From Rhodosorus marinus CCMP1338 (lineage: Eukaryota > Plantae > Rhodophyta), in the NCBI GenBank assembly GCA_029953675.1, contig JAMWBK010000006.1, positions 1,302,001 through 1,366,000 of the forward strand: a DNA stretch of 64,000 bases. Direction: 5' to 3'. The notes under the pieces are model-generated. The model was not told where the DNA came from and ran no database searches. It saw only the letters and a list, made by a program, of their open reading frames with translations. Within the stretch, counting starts at the first letter, position 1; the number at the start of each line of letters is the position of its first letter. The position numbers were made by a program, and so were the translations under genes. Positions 1-10,929 of this stretch are shown here, piece after piece.

Positions 1-2120
1 CAGCTTTTCCCCTCTGGCTTCCCGTTCTTACGCCGCGTATATGGTGAAGCGCCGAACGGGCCCCGATTTGTCACACCTTGGGTGCCGAGAGCCACACCTT
101 TGCGGCTCATACGGGTGTGCAGCAGGGCGATCCCTTAGGGCAGTTCCTGCACGCCTGTGGATTGCAACTGGTGCTGTTGCGGCTGAAACATCAGTTCCCG
201 CGGGTCCGTGCGGTCGCCTTCCATGACGATGTGACGCTTCTTAGCACTCCCGACGATCTGGTGCCGGCCTACGATTTTCTCGGCGAGGTGGCTTCCTTGG
301 TGGGGCTGCGTATCAACCATGCCAAGTGCGATTTCTGGGGGGGGGTCTCACTGCACCGCGGACACGGTTCCATCCGGGTTCCGAGATATTTGGCGAGCTG
401 AGGGCTTCCTTCTGTTCGGTGTCCCCGTAGGCACCCCGATACTTGTTGAACGCAGCCTCTCCGCGCTCCTGAGTCATCACGATGAGCTCCTGCTCATCGT
501 GATGACTCAGCTCCTGACTGAGCTGTGCACTCTCCCAGAAGGTACCCTTACCTCCAGAGCGCTCTGCTCATCTTCCGGTTCAGCGCATGCCAGAGGCTGA
601 CCTATTTTTTGCGGCAGCTACCCTCCGAGTGGGGGTCTTGGCTGGCGCTCCGCGCAGACCGACGAGCGAGGGACGTGCTAGGCACGCTCATGGATGCTGA
701 GCTATCTGTTTTGGGGGATGCAGAAAAGGACGTCCTTCACCGGCAGATCGCGTTGCCCGTGCGGTTGGGCGGGCTGGCTGTGGGATCTTATGCGTCGATC
801 CAGCCGGCGGCTGTGGTGAGTTCGTGGGCCACTGCGCTTAGTACATGGTCTGCGGAGTGTGATCCGCATGTACTCACATGCGGATCGAACCACTCGGTTT
901 GTTGAGTGGACTTCGGGTTGGGCGGCTGGACGGGACTCTCGCCCCACGGCTCGGGGGGGGTTTTTCGGAACTGGAGGCCGCTTTTCAACAATGTAACGCC
1001 CTGCCGAGTGGTACCCAGGCTCGGTGCGATTCCTGGGCGGCAGTTCTTGACTCCCTCGGTGGCCAGCGTTCGGGAGTCTCTGCTGCAGCACCGTCTGTTG
1101 GAAATGGTGTAGAAACTGCCGAGGATATTGACGCCGTGGCTGTGCCGTCGAGACCGCCTGAGCAGGGCGTTTCCCAGTCCGGTCCGGCCCCTTCGAGGAC
1201 CGATGTAATCCACAAAACCCTTTCGTGGGACATACATCGGGACTCGTATGCCACCCTTCTGAGTTTACCTTCGTGCTCGGCGTCGACTTTGGCTCGCCTG
1301 CGCGGTTTGGGGGGGAGTCTCAGCTCCCGTTTCTTCCCGGTCATACCTGCGTATCCGCGGTTGGCAATTAACGATATCGAACTTTGTGTAAGCTTACGAC
1401 TTTACCTGGGTTTGCCGCAACCCCCTTGGCCTGTTGAGCGGGATTTTCTAGACGCGCATTGTGCGGGGCCAATGTGCCGTGGGGTGATTATGGTGCCCAT
1501 GTGTTGGCGTCTTGTGCGGAGGTTCAAGGGGCCCGGACCAGACGCCATACGCGGCTCAACCGCTTGCTTTTCCGCTACCTTCGTTCTCAATCGCTCGGTA
1601 CGGACCGAGAAGTGGAGTATGAGGTCGCTCTCGCGGTGGCATCGGAAATGGCTGATGGGATTGACGCCCCAGCGGTACAGCGGGTGGCGGATCTCGTTGT
1701 GACTGACCTCAATGCGCGTCGCAGTGAGTACATTGACCTCTCCATCCCTTGTCCTCAAGCGACCAGGTACCTGCCTGCGTCGGCTCGGCGTCGAGGAGCT
1801 GCAGCTCGGTCCATGCGGCAAGTGAAAGATTCGCAGTACGCGGCAGCGATGTCAAACCCTACCTTTCGCGATTCGGCAGTGACATACCGGTTCGTCCCCC
1901 CTCATTATTGAGTGCTTTGGCTTGATAGATAGTGTAGGTTCTCGCTGGCTGCGTGCGAGCTCTGTTTCGCAACGACCCAGGGCGTTTAGATAGTCTGGTC
2001 ACGGAGCTTTCTTTGACCCTGTGGCGCTCCAATTCTGCTTTGTTTGTGGACACGCGTCATCAGCGTCTTGTCTCTCGCTTCTCAGGGTAGTTAGCCTCTG
2101 AACAAACGGATCATCATCAT
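1..2120 (+). mobile_element. CRE-like non-LTR retrotransposon (RT + restriction-like endonuclease), 5' end outside the window or truncated, frameshifted (copy A)
   Basis: RT motifs GVQQGDPLG and FHDDV (78-401), IALPVRLGGL (525-905), a Cys/His knuckle-like region and RLE motifs RHTRLN...RVADLVV...YIDLSIPCP (1459-1911) are spread over several frames. The stop at 2088-2090 is followed by a ~20 nt 3' UTR and an (ATC)3 tail. Confidence 0.85.
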
Positions 2121-2718
2121 GCAGTTGGACAGCCTCGGGCAGGAGCCTTTCGGGACACTTTCGGTTGATTTTGCGAACGCCTTTACCAGCGTGTCGCGTG
2201 TTCACGCGCTCGAGGTGGTTCGTCAGCTCTTCCCATCGGGTTTCCGTTTCGTGCGCCGGGTCTACGGGGAGGGGCCAGCTTGCCCTCGCCTTGTCGCCTT
2301 GGGTGCAGACAGCCAGAGTTTTGTGTCACAGACGGGTGTTCAGCAGGGAGACCCCTTAGGGCCTCTTCTGCACGCATGTGGATTGCAGTTGGCGCTGTTG
2401 CGCGTGCAGAATCAGTTCCCGCGGGTCCGTGTCGTCGCCTTCCATGACGATGTGACCCTTCTCGGGACTCCTGATGATTTGGTGCAGGCGTACTCCCTTC
2501 TGGGCGAGGTGGCGTCCTTGATTTTGTACCGTTCCCTCTCTGTTCCGGGACATTTGGCGTCCCGAGGGCTTCATTCTATTCGGTGTCCCTGTGGGCACTG
2601 CGAGTTTCGTGGAGCGCAACCTTCGAGCGCTGCTGAGCCGCCACGATGAGCTATTGAATGAGGTGTGCCGCCTACCGGAGGGGTACCTCCAGACCGCTCT
2701 GCTCCTCTTCAGGTTCAG
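2119..2718 (+). mobile_element. 5'-truncated CRE-like RT fragment (copy B), directly downstream of the copy A tail
   Basis: ORF 2119-2649 contains SVDFANAFTSVSR, GVQQGDPLGP and FHDDV. It is homologous to copy A ~100-590 but diverged and internally deleted. Confidence 0.85.
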
Positions 2719-3193
2719 TGATGATCCGTTTATTCAGAGGCTAACTACCCTGAGAAGCGAGAGACAAGACGCTGATGACGCGCGTCCACAAACAAAGCAG
2801 AATTGGAGCGCCACAGTGTCAAAGAAAGCTCCGTGACCAGACTATCTAAACGCCCTGGGTCGTTGCGAAACAGAGCTCGCAGCCAGCGAGAACCTACACT
2901 ATCTATCAAGCCAAAGCACTCAATAATGAGTGGGACGAACCGGTATGTCACCGCCGAATCGCGAAAGGTAGGGTTTGACATCGCTGCCACGTACTGCGAA
3001 TTTTTCACTTGCCGCATGGACCGAGCTGCAGCTCCTCGACGCCGAGCCGACGCAGGCAGGTACCTGGTCGCTTGAGGACAAGGGATGGAGAGGTCAATGT
3101 ACTCACTGCGACGCGCATTGAGGTCAGTCACAACGAGATCCGCCACCCGCTGTACCGCTAGGGCGTCACTCTCATCAGCAATTTCCGATGCCT
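2719..3193 (-). mobile_element. Inverted 3' fragment of the CRE-like element (RLE domain and tail; copy C)
   Basis: ORF 2745-3146 (-) ADLVVTDLNARRSEYIDLSIPCP...PLIIECFG...HQRLVSRFSG. Near-identical reverse complement of 1638-2117. AATAAA at 2729-2734 (-) is followed by CGG-ATCATCA. Confidence 0.9.
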
Positions 3194-3357
3194 AACTACC
3201 TTGAGAAGCGAGAGACAAGACGCTGAGCACGCGCGTCTACAAACAAAGCAGCATTTGAGCGCCACAGGGTCAAAGAAAGCGCCGTGGGCAGAATAACTAA
3301 ACGCCCTGGGTCGTTGCGAAAGATACCTCGCAGCCAGCGAGAACCTACACTATCTAA
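3194..3357 (-). mobile_element. Second, more diverged inverted CRE-like 3' fragment (copy D), head-to-tail with copy C
   Basis: The reverse complement matches the terminal ~165 nt of copies A and C (gatagtgtaggttctcgctggct...gcgtcttgtctctcgcttctcaaggtagtta). Confidence 0.8.
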
Positions 3358-3947
3358 GCAATGACTGATTGCTCCGCACGCAATTTATTGAGCTTTCTGG
3401 CCGGTAGTGGGAGCCGTCTGCAACTTGTTTTTCACCTTTATTTTTTCTGGGTGGCTTGTTCATTCATCATCCTTTTATCCAGTAGGGAATGAAACAGCGA
3501 TATCACAGACGTTGCAACCCGAGCCGTGGTTCTCAGGGCGAACTCGTTGCAATTCTTCCCTGCAAAGTCTTTGGACTCCTTCTCACCTGGCGTTTTGTTC
3601 CTTTTTGGGTGGGGGGGATTGAAGCTGAATCCATGACCTCTGCTTGAAGTTCACTCGCACAATTCTGCACAAACCAAGCAGCCACTCCGCATGCCGAAAA
3701 GGCCGGTCCGGGACTGCTTCTATTTTACGGGATTTCATGTTTGAACATCTCTTCCCCATTTTGGCCAACGGATTTTATGAGGTCTAGCTACGGACCTTAC
3801 CAAGCGCGGGTACTGACGAGCGGGTCGCCGGAGCACTGTGCATTACGCCGCTGTGTTGGTATTGATGTTGGCGAATGCCTTCTTGAGGTTCAGTGGCTTT
3901 CAAGCGAACTATGTGCTTGACTTTAGATTGCTCTAGCCTGTGACCCC

Positions 3948-6696
3948 CTAGTTTCCGTCCATCTTTTCTACAGAGCAGCGATTTGCGAAAACACTATCGC
4001 CTGGGGCTGCTCGAACTACAAAGTGATAACTTTGCATTTTTGTCGCGGTGATAGTAACCGATTTCTTGGTCCATTCCGTAAACTCCCTCCTCTCTGGTGA
4101 ATACTTATCGTTCACTTCCAAAAAATTCCTGTACTTACCAGAAAAAACTGTCATCCACAGAGGTCCGCTTCCTTGAAACACGCACTCAAACACATATACC
4201 GATCCAGCTTCCAGAACCAGTGTCTGTGAAGCTTCTCCCAGGCTCGGGAGATACAAGACGACAAGGACTGCTTTTGGAAATGACCTCTCCATCACCCTGG
4301 CTTTGTTCCTGAAGATCCAAGTACTTCCCACCATATCAAACCCTGCGTCCCGTAGGAGCTCACCACCCGGAAACGGTTTGGTAGGTTGTAGACCTTCGCT
4401 AAGAACAGTAAGCGAGCATCCATCCACAGAGATTTGATGATTCGGTAGGCTGCTGAGGATGAGATCATAATAACCCAGTCCCTCCGCAGTGAATTCTAAC
4501 GACCATCGATTCCATTTCGATACGTCGACGTTTGAAACTCTTTTGATCCGCTTCACGATAACACCCCCAGTCATGACCGTCATCTTCAGCTGAGCAGAGC
4601 CCCGCGCTTGACATCTAAATCGATACTTGTATCTCGCCTTGAGAACGAGAGTCTGGGTTGCGGTGGCGCCTCCATACCCCAACAGCAAAATATAGTTTCC
4701 CTTCAAAACACCTCTGTCGCTGTATGAAGCATGCTCGTTCCTAGTCCACTTCCTCGATCTCTTTTCAAAGTCAGCATCCCTCAGATACTCACCATCAGGG
4801 CCGGGAAATGTTGCAACCAACTCTTCCGCAGTCGGCCTCACGCTCGGCATCGGTTCACTAGCAGACTCAGTCGCCGTAGTCTCGGGCATAGTCTGCACAG
4901 CCTCAGTAGCTGTGGCCGAAGGTCCAGTACTGGCCGAAGCAGAACGTTCCGCAGTTGGTTCCACAGTTGGTTCCGCAGTTGGTTCCGCAGTTGGTTCCTC
5001 AGTTACTTCCGCAGTTGGTTCACTGGTGACAGACGTCTCATGCGGCTGCCGATGTGGAAACAAACGGGCACATGGGCTTGCCACTCTTAGAAGAAGATTC
5101 GGGAGAGATTGCGTGATCCGCGTTTGAATACTTGCATGTTACCTGCGCTGTTTCGGTCTCAGTTGGATTCTCACGGATGCCACGGGATATAATTGTTCCC
5201 AGATAGATGAAATGCGAACTTAAATCCTTTCTATACTCATCATCGGCCAAGACGACGGCCACCAGCTGGAACTTGTCCCCTTCCTCAGTGTTTTGGACCA
5301 TTTGGACTTCATCCGAGATGAGCATGTACTCGTCGGGCTCCAGGTTATCACTTAAGGTGTACGAACCGAGGAAGGTGATGGAATTGACCGGCAGCGAGTA
5401 TCGCTGCACATCGAACTCATCGGTAACAAGGTAGATGCTGATGACTACGTTTCGGGCGCGCACTGGTCCACGGTTAATGACCGATAGTCTCCACTCAATC
5501 TTCTCTCCACCCCAAAACGTATCAGGTATCCAGGCGCGCTCCAAATCCGTCACAAAGTTGGAGTCAAAGAACCAGATCACATATGGCCGTTGCTCAGCTG
5601 GGGCCCAATTGCTGATCACTGAATTCAACTCTTGTCTCCTGTCCGCATCCAGCATTACAATACCAGTTAGCCGAGCGCAGCACGGAGGGCCCGAAGCGCA
5701 TCGTGTATAGGAGACCACTCCAACGATTCTCTGAGCACACAGCCCATTAACACACTGGTTTGTATATACATTTGAACCACTGAATCCGTTACAGTTGAGG
5801 GCGTCCGCTTCTCTAATCCACTGGTTCACGACGGTTTTGATCTTCCCCGATGACTTGATCAGAGTCTTACTGTCATAGTTTACCCCTGGATATCCCATGA
5901 AGCTAACTCTAGTCCCCTTTCCTGGCAGGTTGCTGGACGGTTTCAAATTTCGATTTGGAATCGGACGATCTAGTCGAAGGATACCGTAGTCGTACGACAG
6001 GCTGCCCCCTTCTGAAATGTAGCCGAAGGTCTTCACGTCCACCGCATGGGCCACTCCGTAAGGTTTGTCCGCGTGTATGTCGCTGTCTGGGTTGACATCT
6101 TCGGACATCGCCGGGATGACGAAAAAATTCCCATGATATTTGTCCCGCGCCACGCTGTACAGGCAGTGTGCTGCGGTCAACACTGTTGTGTCGTCGATCA
6201 GTGACCCCGAACAAGAGGAGTCAAAGTCTTCGATAGACGCAGATTGCTTAAACCGGAAAGTGAAGTAGATCTTGACCATACTCGACTCCGGGGACCTTTG
6301 CCACGGCATCTGCCTCTCTGTGGTTTGCCTTCCAGTCAGATTCAAAGAAAGCCTGTTGCTCTCATTGAGGTCGAATATTCCAGCGTGCTCAATCAGCTTC
6401 TCGAAACCCGTCTTGTTGACCGGGGGATCCTGCAAGGTCTCAAAAACTGGTGACGTGGGATCTTCCACAACGCTGTCCATTTGCTTACCGCCATCGTGTG
6501 ACAAAGCTAGTGGGTTCGACGCGTCGGGATCCACGTATTCAGTCTTGGCATTCGCAGAAATGACTTGAAGCGCTTTAACATTGGCGTAGGACTTTACATA
6601 GCTAAATAAGGGGTCGACTTCCTCCCAGTTGGCCTGTCCAAAACCTCCGACGACTAATGCCAAGAGGAAACCCAAAAGGTATCGTCCCGAATTCAT
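3948..6696 (-). CDS. Secreted trypsin-like (S1, bacterial V8/glutamyl-endopeptidase-like) serine protease with CARDB-like Ig domain, EPTA linker and two CBM-like domains; ~883 aa; exons 6696-5143 and 5045-3948
   Basis: Signal peptide MNSGRYLLGFLLALVVGGFG. Triad motifs CSGSLI..VLTAAHC, YDYGILRL, GYPG and GFSGS. Intron 5142-5046 (GTAAC...GGCAG, 97 nt, phase 0) joins ORFs 5038-6738 and 3948-5084 in frame. Two C-terminal repeats begin YLRDADFE and LLRDAGFD. Confidence 0.8.
4947..5020. repeat. 12-bp coding tandem repeat (TTCCGCAGTTGG-like, ~6 copies) encoding the EPTA/EPTV linker
   Basis: Directly visible; translates as EPTAEVTEEPTAEPTAEPTVEPTAE on the - strand. Confidence 0.85.
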
Positions 6697-8899
6697 CCTG
6701 CTTTCAATCCTCGCTTTTCCTGAGCACTTTCTCTCCAAATCAGCGGAAGGAGTAATCCGCGCTCATGCAAGTCTGTCAACCGTCTCAAGCACAAACACGA
6801 GCCCCTGGTAGCAGCGGCAAAAGAAATCCTATTCCATGATCACCTTCGAGGTAATCCAGCTTCGCGCAAACGCACACGGCGTTATTCAGACCAGTCCCAA
6901 CCGAGCCACCCACCTCTCACAACCCTGCTTCCACTACCTTACTGGTTACTATTTCCCAACCTCCTCAATAAAGAGAATCCCTCTCTCCGTGCCCGGAAGG
7001 CCAAGTGCAAAGGTCGACAAAGCAGAACCTTCCCAACACCCCACCTTCCCGCGCGGAGAATCCGGACCGCGCCACTTCTTCTAAATCCTCCGAATCCATC
7101 TATCGAATTTCACAACTCGAGCACAGCAATCTAGTATTATATCCATTATCTACGTAACCAAACCATCAAATTATATTTCTCAATTCATTCTAGCTCCTTA
7201 AAAAAAATGGATTCACCCCCGGGTCAAGAAAAGCTGTTTTTCGCCGTCCAGCCTCGAAAGCACTAGACAGCTCCAGCCAACAACGAGTCGGGCGCCTTTT
7301 GCCTCTTTGTTTACGGGCCTGGAAAGATTGTTGTTCTATTTCACAAGCCATAATAGCAACGTGTGACCTTCTCCGGTTTCGACCACCACCACTGACAAGA
7401 CCAACCGAAATGGAAACGAAGCCGCAAGACTTGAAAAGCGCAGAAATTGACACTCCTTCCCTATCAATTTTGCTACACTTAACATATTAAATAAACCTCA
7501 AAAAAACATAGGTTCATTTAATATTACATATAAAAATTGACTTGACCCCATTTTAATATGTAATATTAAATAAATTTCTAGATTGATATTGTTTAAGTAA
7601 AAAACAAAAAAACTCACGACCAACCCCGAAAGAACGATATTTCTCTACTCTTTCGTGCAAAGGCTCGTTTAAGTTTTCCAAATTAATATTCTTAGTATAG
7701 AATGGTTTGAATAATTCAAAATATCTTCAACTCCAAACCAATCATGTTTTGCTGCACTGCGCCAAACCAAACTAAGCGTCACTTCCCACTCCAAACGAGT
7801 TTGATCGCTCCCTACCGTCGTTTCCATTCAGGAGGAATGAATAGAGGTTATATTTTTGTGTATTTCTCATCTTCGCATCAAAATTTCACGTGATTTTAAC
7901 AGCAATGAGCATCAAACTATGAAATACGATTCACCCTGCATGAAGACTGTAAACGAAAAAAAATTCCTAATTCCAAGCGCAGGAGGAAAAATCCATCCCA
8001 ATCGCTTTTGAAGAGTTTCCACCCACCCCCTTGGAGTGAGTATTGCTTAGATGCTGAAGAGGCTTGATTGTTATTGAAATACTTTATATCTTCCGCGGAC
8101 ACGACAGAAGTGCTTATAATATCTGACGGGAGAATATTATTGATTCATGATCAGCATTCTTTTTTTTTTGTGTGATCATTGGCTTTGGGTTGGAATGGTC
8201 AGGAACGCCACCTTTTTCAGGGTTGCTCAGGAATGTGAGCCCCGAGGGGCCCGAGGGGTTGGGAACGGATCGTCAGCCCGCCACGCGTCTGGGTCTTTTT
8301 TGTCGGTTGGAGCAGACGAGTGATTTTCGAAGGCCCCCCTTTGTTAACATGCGAAGCGAGCGCAGACCTTTTCACGCACGCACCCTGCCAGCATGAACTA
8401 GAAAGTAATGAGAGTGCTTGGCAAAGCTCGTGCTTGAAGTGAAAAATGATTATTGGTTCAAGCGAACATTTTGCACCCCCTTCCAAAATCAAAAAAAATA
8501 ATCTCCGCCTCCCTTGTCGAGGAAGACCTAAGGTGCTTAGAATCCGCTTGAATTTGACGTACCCCGTTTTCCGCCGGGTTCCGGTAGCAAACCCAGTAAC
8601 CGCTTTTCGCCAGCTACCTACCGCAGAGCAAAACCAAAAAATACCAGCAATACACTACTAACCCACCTCGAAACCCAGGAGCCGGACTCACCAAAAGCGT
8701 TTAGTTCAGTCCATAATTTCGTATTCATAGAATTCACAATGAGGGAGAGTTGCGCTTCTCAAAATTTACCAAAAGGATTTGGTGAGCTTGCGCCCGTGCG
8801 AAGCTAGAATTCATGAGCTCCTAAGACATTAACGGTTCATGGAGGTTGTCTTGTGAATGAAAAGGTTACACAGATGCTGGGAAAGGAACCCTAACATCT

Positions 8900-10330
8900 A
8901 GATATTTCTAGTACAACAACTTACAATCAACAACCTCACGCATTCAGAGCCTGAGAGGAACGAACCTCTAAAACTACGCACTGCAAAATTTTGGTACTGT
9001 TCACGTGCGGTACCAGCTTGGCAATGTGTTGAGATGCGTCTCTCCGGCAGCAAATCACCGGCCTTCTCCCTCACAAGGTTGTTGTCCATGCATAAATGAC
9101 GATGAGTAGATCACAAATTGTTTAACGGTCTCATGAACACACGCCTGGATTCTCCATGTGAATGCTTTATACCGGGTATATACCATGGTTGTTCATATAC
9201 TCGAGAAAGCGACTAAGATCGGAATACGCAGGTCAGCAGCGCTTCCCCTCCAAAGAGGGACTGGATATGAAACTTAGAATACAACAGGTATATAAGCACC
9301 TCGGTCGCGAGCAGTTCTGAGGGGTAATAAAACCACCGCTAATGAAACCCTGCATGAATCGCATGGACGAGACAAATTTTCGAGATGGTTACGACGAGCC
9401 GATAATATCATGCGATGAAGGGGAGTTACCAAACTGGCGTTTCGCTTGGCAGACCCATTGCGGAGCCACGCTCCAAGCGCACCTGCCGTTTCGCTGTCAG
9501 ATAACTGCATTCTCACTTGCACCTCATAAAACCTAGGCAATATCCTACATGGGCGGAATGTACTAATATACGATAACACAACGTAAATTTGGATGAACAT
9601 ATCAAACTGACTGAGGCCAAGAGAACAGGAATAAAAATAGGAAATATTCAATTGTCATAACAGTAAAATTCACTAATAATCCAAGATTTATTCGCGTATC
9701 CTGAACAGCGGATTTTTCGGTTTGTGCTCGCTGTGGCGTGTCCCTAAACATTTGCACTAAAGGATATGGATCTCGCTGCACAAACCAGCGAGTATACTTG
9801 GTCGTCATTCGCAGTGTTGTGCCCCGTGCACATCGGAGTGCAGAGCGTTTGCTGAATCTCTAGAAGATCGATTCTCTATGGTCAGTGCTGCATTTTGCAG
9901 TACTTGGCATGTGGGCTAGGATTGACCAAAACCCTCCACCAGGGGTTTCTGAGAATGATCTTGAATTTTTCTGCTACAAATATCCTGGAGGTAGAGTCCG
10001 AGATCGCACCACACCAATCTCATGTGCATCTTAGAACGAGAGGGGTTGGTGAAAATGAGAATGAATCTCTTGTCTTCCAGGGTGCATTCAGCCCCATCGT
10101 TTTAATCTGACGCTAAGCTCCCTGAATGAGGTACTCGGGGAACTGCGTAGTGTGAATTGCGTTGTCAGTAAACCTGCCTCACACTTGCACGGCTCATAGT
10201 TTCCGAAATTTTATATAGAAATCAACACAAGGTGAAAAAAATATCCGCTTGAGGACGCTAAATCCAGATGTTTCAACAAGCTTTGAGAGAGGACGTTTTC
10301 AAACCCCATCGAACTCTAAGCTTATGCGGT
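8900..10330 (-). mobile_element. Heavily degenerate Copia-like RT/RNase H remnant
   Basis: The peptide LVREKAG...ISTHCQA resembles the Copia RNase H C-terminus (FVREKV...VST..QLAD). The sequence around 10120 (ctgaatgaggtactcg) is shared with the clearer Copia copy at ~11362. Many stops and frameshifts. Confidence 0.35.
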
Positions 10331-10339
10331 AGTCTTACC

Positions 10340-10648
10340 AACCAACTCCAGCACTTGCAGCTGTCCGCCCATATAGGACAAATGGCGTCCTTCGGTCCTT
10401 TCGGGACTTGGCGCTAACTCGTCGGTTTTTGCCGTTGATCATCGAGGCTTGTTCTTTTAAACAGTGTTGCTTCCGCTGGTTTCGTCTTTTTTTCAATGCC
10501 CCCAGCCCTCTTGACAGCCTCTTCACGGAGCCTTCTCTGACTCTGCGGCGTTCGAACGCTGCTTCGTTGTTGAAAGGGCGTCATCAGCGTCTCCCTTTCC
10601 ACTCCTCAATGTAGGTAAGTAGGCCCTGAACAGCTTTGTTGTTGATAT
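10340..10648 (+). mobile_element. CRE-like RLE 3' fragment, older subfamily
   Basis: RFLPLIIEACSF...LDSLFTEPSLTLRRSNAASLLKGRHQRL aligns with the copy C C-terminus; ends in ctgaa...(TGT)n. Confidence 0.75.
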
Positions 10649-10925
10649 GCAGGTTGAATAAAGGCCTACACGGCCTGAAACAGCGGGAAGGATATGGCAC
10701 GAAAACGCCAAGCGAGACCTCACGAATCATGGACGCGCGTCATCAGTGTCGTCTTGTCTCTCGCTTCTCCGGGTAGTTTGGCTCTGAATACACGGATGAT
10801 GATGAATCATGGATTCGAACCTACGAGAGCTGACGGGTGTGTCCTCAAAAGGAATCTCCCTATTGTTGCAGTCTACGTGGATGACTTGTTGGTCATCGTA
10901 AAAGGCGATGAGGTCGTAACTCCAT
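10649..10925 (+). mobile_element. Copia RT fragment interrupted by a 70-bp CRE insertion
   Basis: LNKGLHGLKQ-GRIWHEN, then NHGFEPTRADGCV...VAVYVDDLLV (Copia RT YVDD motif). Confidence 0.8.
10734..10803 (+). mobile_element. 70-bp 5'-truncated CRE-like insertion flanked by a 10-bp TSD (GAATCATGGA)
   Basis: Matches the terminal CRE sequence and ends in (GAT)3. The direct repeats are at 10724-10733 and 10804-10813. Confidence 0.85.
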
Positions 10926-10929
10926 GAGG

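Noticed and set aside
1-3400. Telomeric repeat tract
   Set aside because: I saw no tandem telomere-type repeats, so the subtelomeric location remains inference only.
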